From: Naegleria gruberi
Taxonomy: Eukaryota
DNA length: 64,000 nucleotides
Assembly (NCBI GenBank): GCA_000004985.1
Contig: GG738903.1
Direction: 5' to 3' (one strand)
Of the stretch, positions 32,401-42,719 are shown in pieces. Below the pieces are notes generated by a model. It was given only the letters and a program-made list of their open reading frames with translations. It ran no database searches and was not told the origin of the DNA. The translations under genes were made by a program, and so were the position numbers. The stretch's first letter is position 1. Each line of letters starts with the position of its first letter.

Positions 32401-32531
32401 TTGTTCAGAGTTGATGCTAACCTCCATTTCGAACAAACTAAGGAAATTATTCGAATGATGAATTTTGAATGAAGGAAGGAAAATATTTCCACCAACATTT
32501 CGGATGGAATGTCGTTTAGCTTTTCATACAT
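29478..32531 (-). CDS. F-box / LRR protein fused to a PI3K-type helical (accessory) and divergent catalytic-like region (1017 aa)
   Basis: ATG at 32531. N-terminal F-box: IPSEMLVEIFSFLHSKFIIRIISLVCSKWRLAS. The middle holds L..L.L..C.I-type LRRs. The C-terminal third contains LPFLVHCIKYENEYGVLAEYLLKNRCLKSKLFGNQLFWLLKVE, which matches the PI3K accessory/helical signature (VQALKYE...LA.FLL.RAL.N..IGH.FFW.LRSE). A region of the size expected for the catalytic domain follows, with no intact DRH/DFG motifs. Confidence 0.55.
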   Translation of the reverse strand: MYEKLNDIPSEMLVEIFSFLHSKFIIRIISLVCSKWRLASTLNKIQVKILASRKMCFSQGAYVDPAVNHFLIAIKNNSINFYNISNIWGPFSNSDLEIMKNSPRLVHNLEHLTIRDIQGRDREGFKFNSISHFYKLKSLDIMESIIDNQEYYKLMNSKMSLPNLVNLLVDSSVNEVEEVAGLSIKPQLYSLEMRTKFDCWSYSMTKLTHLEYSNLRKLSVNLKDLNRISNNLEEFILEQGNIENFSEFAKCEFNNLVSLTISSKSIWKDFLETITEFKPLKLKRLKISTFGLIDFHLIKNICDLEQLTSLDVPDCGIDSIFEEYEWKNLKRLNISENRLCTKAISIIENMPSLIYLSMNNSRLKDHESEIVCGIGLKRDRIRFIDIGKSVNTANADFESNVAFLDSLSDIKILETNQTNDTVSSFQINERMKMRINQLCGLTFKDFEFKYQKPLSFTIEYSIVGRNNKKEIHKTRNIFPQSLSCLDWNEEVLFDSLISEISCDYCIDFSLVMETECSETGLPRKVVFKDHFECPVFDSNMKLLQGNVRLFAKGAKNSQISLDIEFPTYDSIIEYDFDRIPNHPLSLIQNNVSDSNLETYLEGNKWDMNEPSHFVPFLYGISFETPMIIYEANQTLGKWKKPNIIEMISLFSENIGIFSKLVLIKCLEETSDDLFSDILPFLVHCIKYENEYGVLAEYLLKNRCLKSKLFGNQLFWLLKVESSYAVCKLILMKYLKMIDTEYYKIIRYQSSFLDYLDTVQSIQIDFPFLIPFTMKEVKPGIYLITKSEDYSTIELELANGENVILSFQRYSHHAFVLNNFMKIFKNSFLNNQNNENNGALVPKIDYNSSIIEYCPISNYTGFILIPKSVHRMPDNFSIQDLEAKSQTFKDNAVTGMIYDYFIRRIFRIRKNDEIYMDVQGHVARCGFSPCFKIRFRIESLREVVQHMTDNNLFKISILSYATIFKENQQTIYRFLEPFIGPGLHADAMSSLDKLPIEIEKCLRKQIFTTHECSKKRKP

Positions 32532-32781
32532 TTTTTTAAACGAAATGGTTTAAAATCGATCACGAATTTATTGTAATAATTCATGAGAACAAATTGAACA
32601 TGCATTAATCTATTTCAAAACGTGATTAGAAATTTAGAATTAGAAAGATCCAAAAATAGTCAATAACACCCGTCAACCTGAAGATGTCAACAAGACAAAT
32701 TCTGGCTCACCTTTTAATTGGAGTGCGCAAGACGAAGCAGTAAGCAACCTTAATGAATTTGAACAACGATACAATGTAGGC

Positions 32782-32991
32782 GTGACTTTTTATCAGATAA
32801 TGACCAAGGATACTTTGACAAGTATTTGTACGTTGTGTAACTTTGGTAAGGTGCAAGATTTGAGATTGAAATTTCCTCACGGAAAATTCACTGATGAATT
32901 AATTGATTCTGTGTTGACCATGTTAGCAAGAGATGCTCACCAGAGAATGAACATTGATACTCTTCTCAAGATTTCTACTGAGCACCACTGA
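32782..32991 (+). pseudogene. possible relic of a protein-kinase C-terminal lobe
   Basis: The 69-aa ORF ends ...FTDELIDSVLTMLARDAHQRMNIDTLLKISTEHH*, resembling kinase subdomains X–XI (S.E..DLI..ML..DP..R.T..ELL.H). It sits in a 730-bp intergenic region and no upstream kinase exons are detectable. Confidence 0.2.
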
Positions 32992-33260
32992 TGTTACATG
33001 TGAATGGAAATCCACACTTATTTCCACAATTACATTAATTTTTTATGGGTTATCTTTTTATCGAGGACGCTTTACAGTAAATAAACTGTAAATGTGTTAT
33101 TGTAAAGTACTTTGATTTAACTGACTCACACGATATTGTAAACCACTTCCCAAACTGTGGGAAAAATCACATGTATTGGGATGTTTCATCTCACATACTA
33201 ATAACTAAACTTCACCAAACAAAACAAAAAAAATCACACAAGAACAAACAATTAGAAACA

Positions 33261-34014
33261 ATGGGAAACGTTTTTGATAAGATTCCTATTGAAGACATTC
33301 AGTCAGGAGTTACTGGAGCCATCAATGCTATTACAACAGGTACTCACCCAAGTACTAGAGACGAAACTACGTACAATTCTGTGAAAAAGTGGATTCAAGA
33401 TTGTGATGTAAAAACCTGCAAGCTATTCCACGATGCTTTTGCAATGCCAACTGATGCAAGTGGTGCTATCATTTATAAGAAAGCTGTCGTTTTCACCAAG
33501 TCAATTGATGTCAATTTGACAGATCTCTTGGTAGATTTGTTAGAATTATTCAACAGTAAGAGTTATCAAGCTCTTGCCATTTCTGCTTTGAGAACAGTTG
33601 CCAAGAATCTCAAGATGAGTATTTCCACAGGTGAAAATAACATGCATGATGACAGATCTCAATAATGGAATGATCATGTGTGTTGCCTCCACTGTTTACG
33701 AAAGTAAACTTGATGCTACAATCTTCAAAACAGGTGTCCTGTGTACTGGTACCATTATTAAGGTTGTTCCACAATCCATGTTCAGAATTGGTTTGATTAA
33801 TGCCATGATGAGAACTAGTTTGGAAAGTGTCAGAAGACAAACTGTTGAAATTTTGCATGCCAAGTATATGATTGCAGAGCAGGATATCAAAGAAAACTTT
33901 ACATTATATAATAAGGTATTCATTGAGACAGAGGCTATTTATAATGATTATATTAAAGAAGAATTGAAAAGACATAAAGCAAAGGAAGAAAACAAGTTAG
34001 AAGCAGAACAATAA
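33261..34014 (+). CDS. hypothetical protein (about 216 aa), probable two exons
   Basis: ATG at 33261 (MGNVFDKIPIED...). Frame-0 and frame-1 ORFs overlap near 33631–33665. Tentative model join(33261..33630, 33734..34014) uses a G|GTGAAA donor, a 103-nt intron and an AACAG acceptor. No domain assignment. Confidence 0.35.
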
Positions 34015-34157
34015 ATTAACATAGCAGTTGGAGATTAAGATGAGGTTGGTGAATCCAATAAACTGTAAGCATAGTTAATGGGTATTAGTTTATTATTATT
34101 GAGGGACTAATTAAATTGATTGACTTGTGAGATCACTTTTCACAAGATCAAAAAAAA

Positions 34158-35210
34158 ATGGGCAATTCACAACCGGCATCAAATCTTGATGGCCAGACAA
34201 CGTATGATCGTTCAACGGGTGAACAAATAGTAAATTTTAATTTATTCTCCGATGATGAATGTAAGGAGAAAACCCATGAAGAAATTGAAGCAAGTCAAGT
34301 TGATTATTTCTCTTCGGATCAGAGATTGGATGAATTAAAAACAATTTTGGGAGAAGACATTGTTAATAACCAGTTGGAATACTATAAGAATGTTACAAAG
34401 GTAACTGAAGAGTGTTTGCCAGTGATGGCAATCACCAAAGATTATCCATTTATGGACGAGTATATAGGTCATTATTTGGTGGCATGTTTAATGAGGAAGA
34501 GTGAAAGTTTTGCTAAACATTCAAAGCCATTCAAGTGTTTGGATGATGGATATTTGGATGAAATTTTAGATGTGAATACTTTAAAGAAATATCCAACCAA
34601 AATTCTGAAACAGAAATTTGAAGAGTTTCATCAGGATTTCCAGTATTGCATGTCAGTGCCAAATTCAAATGAATATAGCAGAGTGATGGAGACTGTATCT
34701 TTGGAAACTGTTTTCAAAGAACCTTATTCTGCAATCCTTTCTCAACCAAATCAAATAGAAATTATCAAGTCTAGATTTTTACCAAAGCAAACTACTTTGG
34801 AAGTCAAGAAAATTGAGCACGAGCCGATGGAACCTTATATTTATAACCCAAAAACAGATACAGAAGAGGATTTTGAAAGAAAGTTAATAGCACTTTCACA
34901 AACTGATTTTTTGAAACAAGATATTGAGCTTGTGAAGGAGTGTTATCAAAAGGAGCAAGAATCGACAAGTGCCGATTGTTTTGGGAAATACAATTCTCTT
35001 TTGAGTATTTCTGAACTCGTTCTTTGCAAGAAGGAAATTCTCACACAATCACCACAATTAACATTTCCAAATATTGAAGACTCAGCACTTTTGGATTTTA
35101 AAAAAGATGGATCTTGTTCAGGAGTTCTTTTGAAAAATCATATTGAAAAACTATTTCCAAATATGCCAAAATTTCACTATCTATACTTTTATAACAAAGA
35201 TAATAATTAA
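34158..35210 (+). CDS. hypothetical 350-aa protein
   Basis: ATG at 34158 (MGNSQPAS...). Continuous ORF with acidic segments. No recognised domain. Confidence 0.45.
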   Translation: MGNSQPASNLDGQTTYDRSTGEQIVNFNLFSDDECKEKTHEEIEASQVDYFSSDQRLDELKTILGEDIVNNQLEYYKNVTKVTEECLPVMAITKDYPFMDEYIGHYLVACLMRKSESFAKHSKPFKCLDDGYLDEILDVNTLKKYPTKILKQKFEEFHQDFQYCMSVPNSNEYSRVMETVSLETVFKEPYSAILSQPNQIEIIKSRFLPKQTTLEVKKIEHEPMEPYIYNPKTDTEEDFERKLIALSQTDFLKQDIELVKECYQKEQESTSADCFGKYNSLLSISELVLCKKEILTQSPQLTFPNIEDSALLDFKKDGSCSGVLLKNHIEKLFPNMPKFHYLYFYNKDNN

Positions 35211-35252
35211 TATTTACAATAATTTCGTTTCCTGAAACAATTTCTTTTGAAC

Positions 35253-36320
35253 TTATTGGGAATGATCAGTAATGACCATTCTAGCAATGGTATTAACACA
35301 ATCAATGGCAGCATTCTCATTCTTGTTTATCCAATAATGCATCTTTACCTTGTTAATGACCACGTCATGGACAAAACCATTCATGCAATGATAGAATGAT
35401 GGATAGGAAAATTGAATGTGAATTCTTCTACAATTTACATGCTTTTGTAAATTATTGAGCATTTTGGTGCTTATTAAATTTTCATTACTGGAATCTGGAA
35501 TGAATTCAATTGATTCATCAAAGTCCTCAACTTGAAAATCTAACTCCTTATCTTGTGTGAAAATATCTGAATAATTATCTGAATCAAATCCACTGTGTCC
35601 AACAATTGAAAACTCAATAGGACCTTTCTGTGGAGGTTGGAATGTAGATTTTGCACAGATGCAAGCCCCTGAATGAGGAACTGAAATGTCGTAATGAGTA
35701 CTTCCAATCAGTGTCTTGAATTTGAAACTATTCCATGCAGATATAAATTTCGATTCTGGTTCTGACATCTCCATCAGCAATGGATCACTCAAAGCCAATT
35801 GCTTACCAGTATCACCAAGAAAGTGTCCCACATATGTATTTGCAATTGTACTCACAACATTTCCATATAAATCAGTCCATCCTCCACTGCTAGTTCTCTT
35901 CGATCCCAAATGAGGAGAACAAATAGTTGTCAACCCAATTGGCTCAAAATATTTAGAGAATTCATCCTCATATTCATTCATCAACACATAGGCAGCATAT
36001 CTACAATAGAGACCTCCTAACGAATGACCAATTAGGGAAAATTTAACCTTGTTGTTTCTTTCTGTAAATTTGGGTAAAATTTCCTTCCTGAAATATTCAA
36101 TAATTTCTTGGGCCATTCTCTTACCACCAACTGCCACTCCATGATGTGTGTCCTTGGAGTTTGATGATGGACGCAGAGTAAATAATTGATCATCGGGAAG
36201 AATTGAATCCAAAATTGGATATTTCTTATGAAATTCTAACTGGATGTCATGTTGTAAATATTCCATATCCTCGTGCTGGCCGTTATTTCCATGCGAGAGA
36301 ACAATAAAGTGATAAACCAT
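35253..36320 (-). CDS. DUF676-type putative serine esterase / alpha-beta hydrolase (355 aa)
   Basis: N-terminal FIVLSHGNNG and nucleophile elbow LIGHSLGG (GxSxG) match the DUF676 (Rog1/FAM135-like) lipase family. ATG at 36320. Confidence 0.6.
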   Translation of the reverse strand: MVYHFIVLSHGNNGQHEDMEYLQHDIQLEFHKKYPILDSILPDDQLFTLRPSSNSKDTHHGVAVGGKRMAQEIIEYFRKEILPKFTERNNKVKFSLIGHSLGGLYCRYAAYVLMNEYEDEFSKYFEPIGLTTICSPHLGSKRTSSGGWTDLYGNVVSTIANTYVGHFLGDTGKQLALSDPLLMEMSEPESKFISAWNSFKFKTLIGSTHYDISVPHSGACICAKSTFQPPQKGPIEFSIVGHSGFDSDNYSDIFTQDKELDFQVEDFDESIEFIPDSSNENLISTKMLNNLQKHVNCRRIHIQFSYPSFYHCMNGFVHDVVINKVKMHYWINKNENAAIDCVNTIARMVITDHSQ

Positions 36321-36421
36321 TTTTTTTTAAATTAATTTATTTAAATTAAACTATTTTTGTAAGCAAGTTCATTTTGCGCCTTACTTTCATTCTATTTTTA
36401 AAACAAATAATAAAGAAAAAA

Positions 36422-37462
36422 ATGTCCACAACACATGATGAAGAAATAATAGAAGGTGATGATCAATCATTGATGATCGGAAGGTTTGATATAACGACTC
36501 TGCCCCTAGAAAATCAAATTAATATATTTTGGTATTGTGATGAGAGAACTCTGATCAATGTGGCTCAAACTAATAGAGGCTATCATCATTTGATCATGGG
36601 GGATGATGATGAATCGGAGCCGGAGGTGAATTCCTATAGAAATACTATTTGGAAGGTTAGATTATTGTCTGAATTGAATAGATTGATTGATGATTATAAT
36701 AAGAGTATAATTGATAATGTAATTGATACTTCCTTGGTTCATAATTTGAATGAAAATGATTTGGACAAGTATGTGAGGAATAATTTGAGAATTAAGGAGG
36801 ATAGAATTAGATATAGTGAAATTTTGGCTAAATTCAAGAGATTAGATTATAAACCAGCTGTGGATTCAACTGAAGTTTCAGCAAAAGGAAGAGTTTGGAA
36901 TAATAAGACTGTATACACTTGGTATTCTTTCCTTCATCGAAATTATCCAATATCAAATGATGATGATTTTGCATCTTATTGTACATTTGAAGGATATGAG
37001 ATTGTAATCAATCAATATGGTTCATCTGGAGGAAATGATTGGAATATTGTGTTTGGTATAGGAGGTGAATATGAAGATTTTGGAAAATCCAATTCGATTG
37101 CAGAGTTTACAGTAGAAAACTGTGGTTTTGGATATATTGTAAATTCTAATCAGTTCAAGATTAGAGGTGATCATATATACGAAGATTGTAAATTCGCAAA
37201 AGATATTAAGGCAGTTAAAGTAGGTGACAGATTCACTCTCAAATATGATAGAGAAAGGAAGTGCATTCACTTCTTCAAGAATGGACAACACATTGTTTCT
37301 GTTGCTGATGAATATGGAGAAACTCTCAAACCAATCGTCTATTATCCAATCATTTCTATGTGTGTTGAAATGGGTGTTACTTTCTATCCTCTGCTTCAAG
37401 TCGATTATCCAGTCAATGAAAATGTATCCTTCACAAAGAGCAACTTTAAATTTACTTGTTAA
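36422..37462 (+). CDS. F-box-like / SPRY (B30.2) domain protein
   Basis: ATG at 36422 (MSTTHDEE...); the track start at 36374 is upstream in frame. F-box-like: LPLENQINIFWYCDERTLINVAQTNRGYHHL. C-terminal SPRY-like: VGDRFTLKYDRERKCIHFFKNGQHIVSV...ISMCVEMGV. Confidence 0.5.
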   Translation: MSTTHDEEIIEGDDQSLMIGRFDITTLPLENQINIFWYCDERTLINVAQTNRGYHHLIMGDDDESEPEVNSYRNTIWKVRLLSELNRLIDDYNKSIIDNVIDTSLVHNLNENDLDKYVRNNLRIKEDRIRYSEILAKFKRLDYKPAVDSTEVSAKGRVWNNKTVYTWYSFLHRNYPISNDDDFASYCTFEGYEIVINQYGSSGGNDWNIVFGIGGEYEDFGKSNSIAEFTVENCGFGYIVNSNQFKIRGDHIYEDCKFAKDIKAVKVGDRFTLKYDRERKCIHFFKNGQHIVSVADEYGETLKPIVYYPIISMCVEMGVTFYPLLQVDYPVNENVSFTKSNFKFTC

Positions 37463-37541
37463 ATTCACACATTTTCATTTCTGTTTTTAATATTAAAAAA
37501 TTATTATTTACTGAATCATTTGTTTATTGAGTTTTTGTTAA

Positions 37542-39078
37542 TTAAAATTCAAACTTAAAGTCGTCGTTGGCTTGGAATTCTTCTGAAGCCATCAAAAATT
37601 CAGAACTTGTTTGAAGGTTGACACCACCAAAGTCAGAATTTTGATCTGGAGATTGTGATTCTTTCAATCTTTCTAAAATATCAATCAAATTTTGAAGCTG
37701 AGAAGGATCCATTGATTGAAGTGTTTCCATTGAAAGTTCTGGAACTGGAGGGGAAGCAACAGCAGCACCTGTACCATTTAAAGCTTGGTGTTGAGCTTGT
37801 TGCACGGTTGGTTGCTCGATACTATCTTGAATATTATTAAAGAGGGCTTCGAATAGTGCTGGATCCAATCCAGTACATTCGTTTGACAAAACGGAACGTT
37901 GATTTTCTTGTTGGAATAACGAATTGACCCATTGTTTACAAACCATATCGCTAATTGGCATGGATTGTTGTTGAGTGAGATCCATTGGCCAATGGAAAGT
38001 ATTATGATTATCGTCGAGGAAATAGTTATTCAAAGTTGGGAAGTTATTCGAATCGAATCTTTGGAAGTGAGCTGAAGTTGGAGCTGACATGGCACTTGAC
38101 AATCCACCACCTATCATATCTTGTTGTGGTTGAGGAGTTCCAGCACTTTGGGAAGAAATTGTCATTGGAGAATTTTGAGAATTTCCACAATTCTCACTTT
38201 CTCTTCTCAAGTTGAGGTAGACATTGAGTTTCATTTCTTTGGCCATCAATCTTTCAGGTGGTGATAATGTACAAGTGGCAGTAGATGTATGTGGATTAGT
38301 TGTATTATTGTTGGATGGAATAAATGAGGTACTTGTGGATGGTTGACTATTCGAAAGTTGACCAACACTCACGCAGCTATTACTTCTCTTTCTGATTGTA
38401 TTCGAATTGGTTTGGTTGAGGATATATGGATGAGAGGCACTGGTGCTTCTATTTCTGGAAGAGGAATTTGGAGTTTCTGGAGAATTCTTTAAGACTAAAG
38501 GAACAACTTGAAGTTGTTTGAATGTTTGTAGTTGAGCAAGCGAGGTTTCTTCCCTTAAGTTTTGATTCTCTGAATGGTATGGTCTTTGTTTCAATCTTTG
38601 GAGTTTCGTCTTCCATCTTAGTTTGGAATATTTCGAATAATTCTTGATCACATGAAATACCATGATGAAGACTTTGATCCAGAGCAGTTAAAGCTTCTTC
38701 AGTGAATAGAATTTCTTCAGTCGAAGGAGTATCAACACTATTAGCAATTGATTGCTTTCTCTTCTTTTGTTTAGTTTCGACTCTTGGAGAATCATTATTC
38801 GAATCTTCTTCAGCAGCTGCAACTGACTTTCTTCTAGATGTTCTCTTTCTCTTCTTTGGAGTGGTTTCGCTACCTGGTTGGAAAGCCAAAACTTGAACAC
38901 CAGTTGATGTACTCAAATTCAATTCGAAATAGTTTTGTTTAAATTCGTCATTGTTGATTTGTTTACGAAGTTTCTTTGGTTGACCACTGATAGGTGTTTT
39001 ATCTGAAGCAATATCAGAATCGTTAGTGTAGTTAGAAATGACGGATCCTCTTCTCAAACTTGGGGAATAGGTGCTCAT
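37542..39078 (-). CDS. S/T/N/Q-rich putative nuclear protein with basic NLS-like cluster; one unresolved intron or frameshift
   Basis: Upstream ORF (ATG at 39078, MSTYSPSLRRGSV...PKKRKRTSRRKS...) and downstream ORF (to stop at 37542) overlap out of frame between about 38449 and 38663. A GT..AG intron of about 90 nt (roughly 38570–38660) would join them in frame: ...SLHH | ENQNLREETSLAQLQ.... Coordinates near the junction are uncertain by ±1. Confidence 0.35.
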
Positions 39079-40908
39079 TTTGATATTTAGTTTAGTTTCG
39101 AATGGTGTGTCTATAAGTTGTTGTAAAGTGTACAAGGCGATGAGAGAATTTATATATTTCGGCGATAGAGTATATTACTAGTTGAACCAAGAGAAGGATT
39201 ACTATTCAAATACTCTTTGACCAATTCAAGTATTTTACAAGTTGTTGTTTTTTTTTGATTCGAATAATTTGCAAGAAACCGTGTGAATTTATTCATCAGT
39301 GCCAATGAAAGGATCATCATGAAGAATGAACGACTGAGATGAAAACTGCACAAGAAGCATCTACTCGCAACTGACTTTGATCTGTGAGAGGCCACACGCT
39401 TGTGCTGCTCATTCTATTCGAAACGAAATCCACACAATAGGAAGACAAACTGTCTGTTGATTGGTCAAATGTCCTCTCTCTATACAATTATATTTCTATT
39501 GACTAGATATGTAGTGATCCATTCTTGTCCAGATTTCAAGTAACAGTTAGTTTCGTCTAAAAACTTAAAAAGCGTAATATGAAATATGACATTTTAATTG
39601 CAGCAAGTGTCAATATTTGGAAAAAAAGAAAGTTTGGAATGTACCAGATGAGTTTGAATAACACATTTCTCCATCGTACGAAACCTTTCAGATACTGGCT
39701 CTTTGAAAGTTGAAGTTTTGCTTTGTGAAATAAAAGGTTTTGTGATTTAAAATGTCAAGTGCTATGAAATTCATGTATGATTTTCTAATATGTGACATGA
39801 TGACTATGTGCAGATGTTGATGTCAACAAGTAAATTACGAAGATAGAACTGTCATACAAGATTGGATCTACAAGTTTCAGATCTAGTGAAATAGTTTAGG
39901 TTAACGCAGACGAAAGGAGATAGATCAGTAATGATAGAAAAGGAATATCCTGTAACCATGGACTGTCTAATTACAAAGTGAATATACAACAGGTACTCTG
40001 TTATTAGTACATTGTGTATTCTCATGGAATTTGAATCTTTTAAAGTGGACAAAAATATACGAAAGTGTAATATTCTGAAAGGTGTGCGTGTTAGTAATCA
40101 TTGTAATAACAAATTTGAGGAATCTTTCGGAATCTTTCTACAATCCACTCACTACAAATATTTCACACTACTGTACATTGTATTTTTGAGAATCTTTCGA
40201 ATATGTCATTGTTCGTTAAAGAAATCGTTGCGTTAGTGGTTTTACAAATTCCAAACCGTGTCCTTTCCAAAATAATGGTGGGAACAGTTTTTCTTCACTG
40301 TTTCCATTTGTGTGGTTGTATCGAATTGATTTTCTTCATTATGTTCAACCAAATGAACCCAATGTTCAAGTTTCGAATAGAGAAGAGATAAGCACAGTTC
40401 TGTTCACTTCCCAAATAATATGACTTGACGCTTTCGCTCGTGTCTTTCCATCAAGAACCTTAAGGTTGCAAATTTGTTGACGAAATTGACGAGATTTCAT
40501 TTTTCTAATTTTGTTTTGAAATTTTTTACAAAATTAAAAGTCCGTTCGTTCGATAATAATTGGACGTTCAGTGATGAGTCAGCAGTTGTTGATTGTATAG
40601 AAGATTTTTGATTCAATTACAATGTGACAGAGATATTGATTCTCATTTTGATTTTTCATGTTTCATTGTAAACAATTTCAAATAGAGATGTGTTGTAAAC
40701 GAAAGGGGTTTGTGAGATAAATGAACTATTTCACAAGTTCATTTGTTTATTTCTTTTTCAAATTGGAAATGAAACTTTATGGTTAGTTTCGTTTGTATGT
40801 TTGATTCATGAAAAGAGAGATAGTTTTCTTTGAGATATTGTAGTTCATTAAATTGTTCTCTCTTCTATTTTCTTCAAGATTCGAATATTGTTAGTTCACC
40901 AATCAATA

Positions 40909-41045
40909 AGGTTCATTTCTTCCATAAGTTCATCAATAAAGAAAATTGTAAAAAATTGTAATCTTTTCATCCATTACACAAGTTCATTTCTTCCATTAGT
41001 TCATCATTAGCTTTTGTACAAAATTCTAAGTCTTTTCAACCATTA
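40909..41045. repeat. two tandem copies of an about 68-bp direct repeat
   Basis: Unit A (40909–40976): aaggttcatttcttccataagttcatcaataaag...tcttttcatccatta. Unit B (40979–41045): caagttcatttcttccattagttcatcattagc...tcttttcaaccatta. A third partial match, acaagttcatttgtttatttc, lies at about 40730. Confidence 0.6.
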
Positions 41046-41047
41046 AT

Positions 41048-42469
41048 TTATTCATCCGATATCAGTATCCCAATGTCACATAATTGATTATTCTTGAGTT
41101 TTTGGAAAATCTTCTCTACAAAGAAGAATTCTCCAGCAAATCGATACCTCACATGAATGATGGAATCAGTTGAAACATCCTCCTCAGTTTTTCCTCCATA
41201 AAAATACAAGCCACTTCCAGTTGCATCATGCACCAGTGAGGAGCACAATAACCTTCCTGCAGCAACTCCTAATTGAATGCAAACACTCCACTCATTCCTT
41301 TTCAAATCGAAAACATAGCAATCATTTTTAGGTATTCTATTGCTCTGTTCACAACCTCCCAAGCTTAATAAAAAACGTTGATCTATCAAACAAATAGTAT
41401 TGCCATAAATTGGCTGAGGTACTGGGCATATCTTTGTTTCCTCAAATTTCACAACGGTCCAAGAATTTGTTTTGAAATGGAAGATGACCAAATCACATGT
41501 TAAAACAGGTACATCAATGTTCAGCTCACCAGCATAAATGACCATAGAATCGTTTGATGGATTGTAAACTGCTGTAGAAAATGATCTGGACTCTATTGGA
41601 ATATTTGGAACAATTTTTTCTACCCACGTTTCAGTTTCACAATCAAAAACATATAAATCCTTACTGATCCACTCATCGGAATATCCTCCAAACAGAACAA
41701 TGGTATTATTAAATGATCTATACACTGAAACATGTCCATAAATTCCAGGGGCTGGATTATTGACTGCCTCCTCTTCAAAAGGGAAATACTTCCACTCATT
41801 AGTATCCAAATTATATATAGTCAAGTCATTTTCTGGTGTTGAATCATCATTTCGTATACCTCCAATAATGTAGAATGAATTATTCACCGGATTATAATTC
41901 AGTGAATGATAATAGAGAGCATTTGGTGGGCTATCATCCGATTCCTTCATACCAATCGGTGGCAACCATTTCTTCTCCAGAATATCATATCTCTGAAATT
42001 CAATACCGTCATGATCTCTACCTCCCCATGAGTAAATAATTCTCGAGTGGTGATTATCAACAATCTCTGTCGTGTGTGCATAAATACTTAGTGGTTTGAT
42101 GCAATCATCAGCTTGATCACTCTTCTGATCACGATGTTTTTCATCTTCGGAGCCTTCATGTACTGAATGTTTACTCTCTGATGTTGATGATTCCTCATCT
42201 TGATGATGATGATTATGATCTTCCTCTTCAACAATTTCCAACGTAACTTGTAGAGCCACATCATCATCATCATGATCTTTATCTTCATAATTCCTCTTTG
42301 AAAAATTCTGTCTATAAATCAGTGGATAATAGATGGGACACAAGGCTGTATGTCGATAGGTAATAAATTCAATATCAACATGTTCATCTTCTTGTTTATC
42401 ATCATCGGGGATGGCAATGATTTCTTCTGAAGATGTTTTTGATTGTGAATCAGTACTCAAATTATCCAT
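41048..42469 (-). CDS. Kelch-repeat beta-propeller protein with acidic/His-rich N-terminal region
   Basis: ATG at 42469 (MDNLSTDSQ...); the track start at 42487 is GTG. Repeated Kelch blades (...YSWGGRD..., W..LPP..., ...HS.VY...FGG) run through the C-terminal 300 aa. Confidence 0.6.
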   Translation of the reverse strand: MDNLSTDSQSKTSSEEIIAIPDDDKQEDEHVDIEFITYRHTALCPIYYPLIYRQNFSKRNYEDKDHDDDDVALQVTLEIVEEEDHNHHHQDEESSTSESKHSVHEGSEDEKHRDQKSDQADDCIKPLSIYAHTTEIVDNHHSRIIYSWGGRDHDGIEFQRYDILEKKWLPPIGMKESDDSPPNALYYHSLNYNPVNNSFYIIGGIRNDDSTPENDLTIYNLDTNEWKYFPFEEEAVNNPAPGIYGHVSVYRSFNNTIVLFGGYSDEWISKDLYVFDCETETWVEKIVPNIPIESRSFSTAVYNPSNDSMVIYAGELNIDVPVLTCDLVIFHFKTNSWTVVKFEETKICPVPQPIYGNTICLIDQRFLLSLGGCEQSNRIPKNDCYVFDLKRNEWSVCIQLGVAAGRLLCSSLVHDATGSGLYFYGGKTEEDVSTDSIIHVRYRFAGEFFFVEKIFQKLKNNQLCDIGILISDE

Positions 42470-42719
42470 TTTGCTATTTATTTTCACTTGATATCAATTA
42501 GTATTAATTAGTATATTTGGTTCGGATCAAAAATATCAATAAACAATTTAATACTTTTGGATGACGAGTTTTTTTTTGTAAAGATTTTTAAATTTCCAGC
42601 CCGCCAATTTCAAAATTAAAAATAGAACAAATCACATCAAAAAAAATAACAAAACTCGTCATTGCAATTCTTTTGATTAAATTTTTTTCATCTTTTTTTT
42701 TGCGATAACAACAATCATC

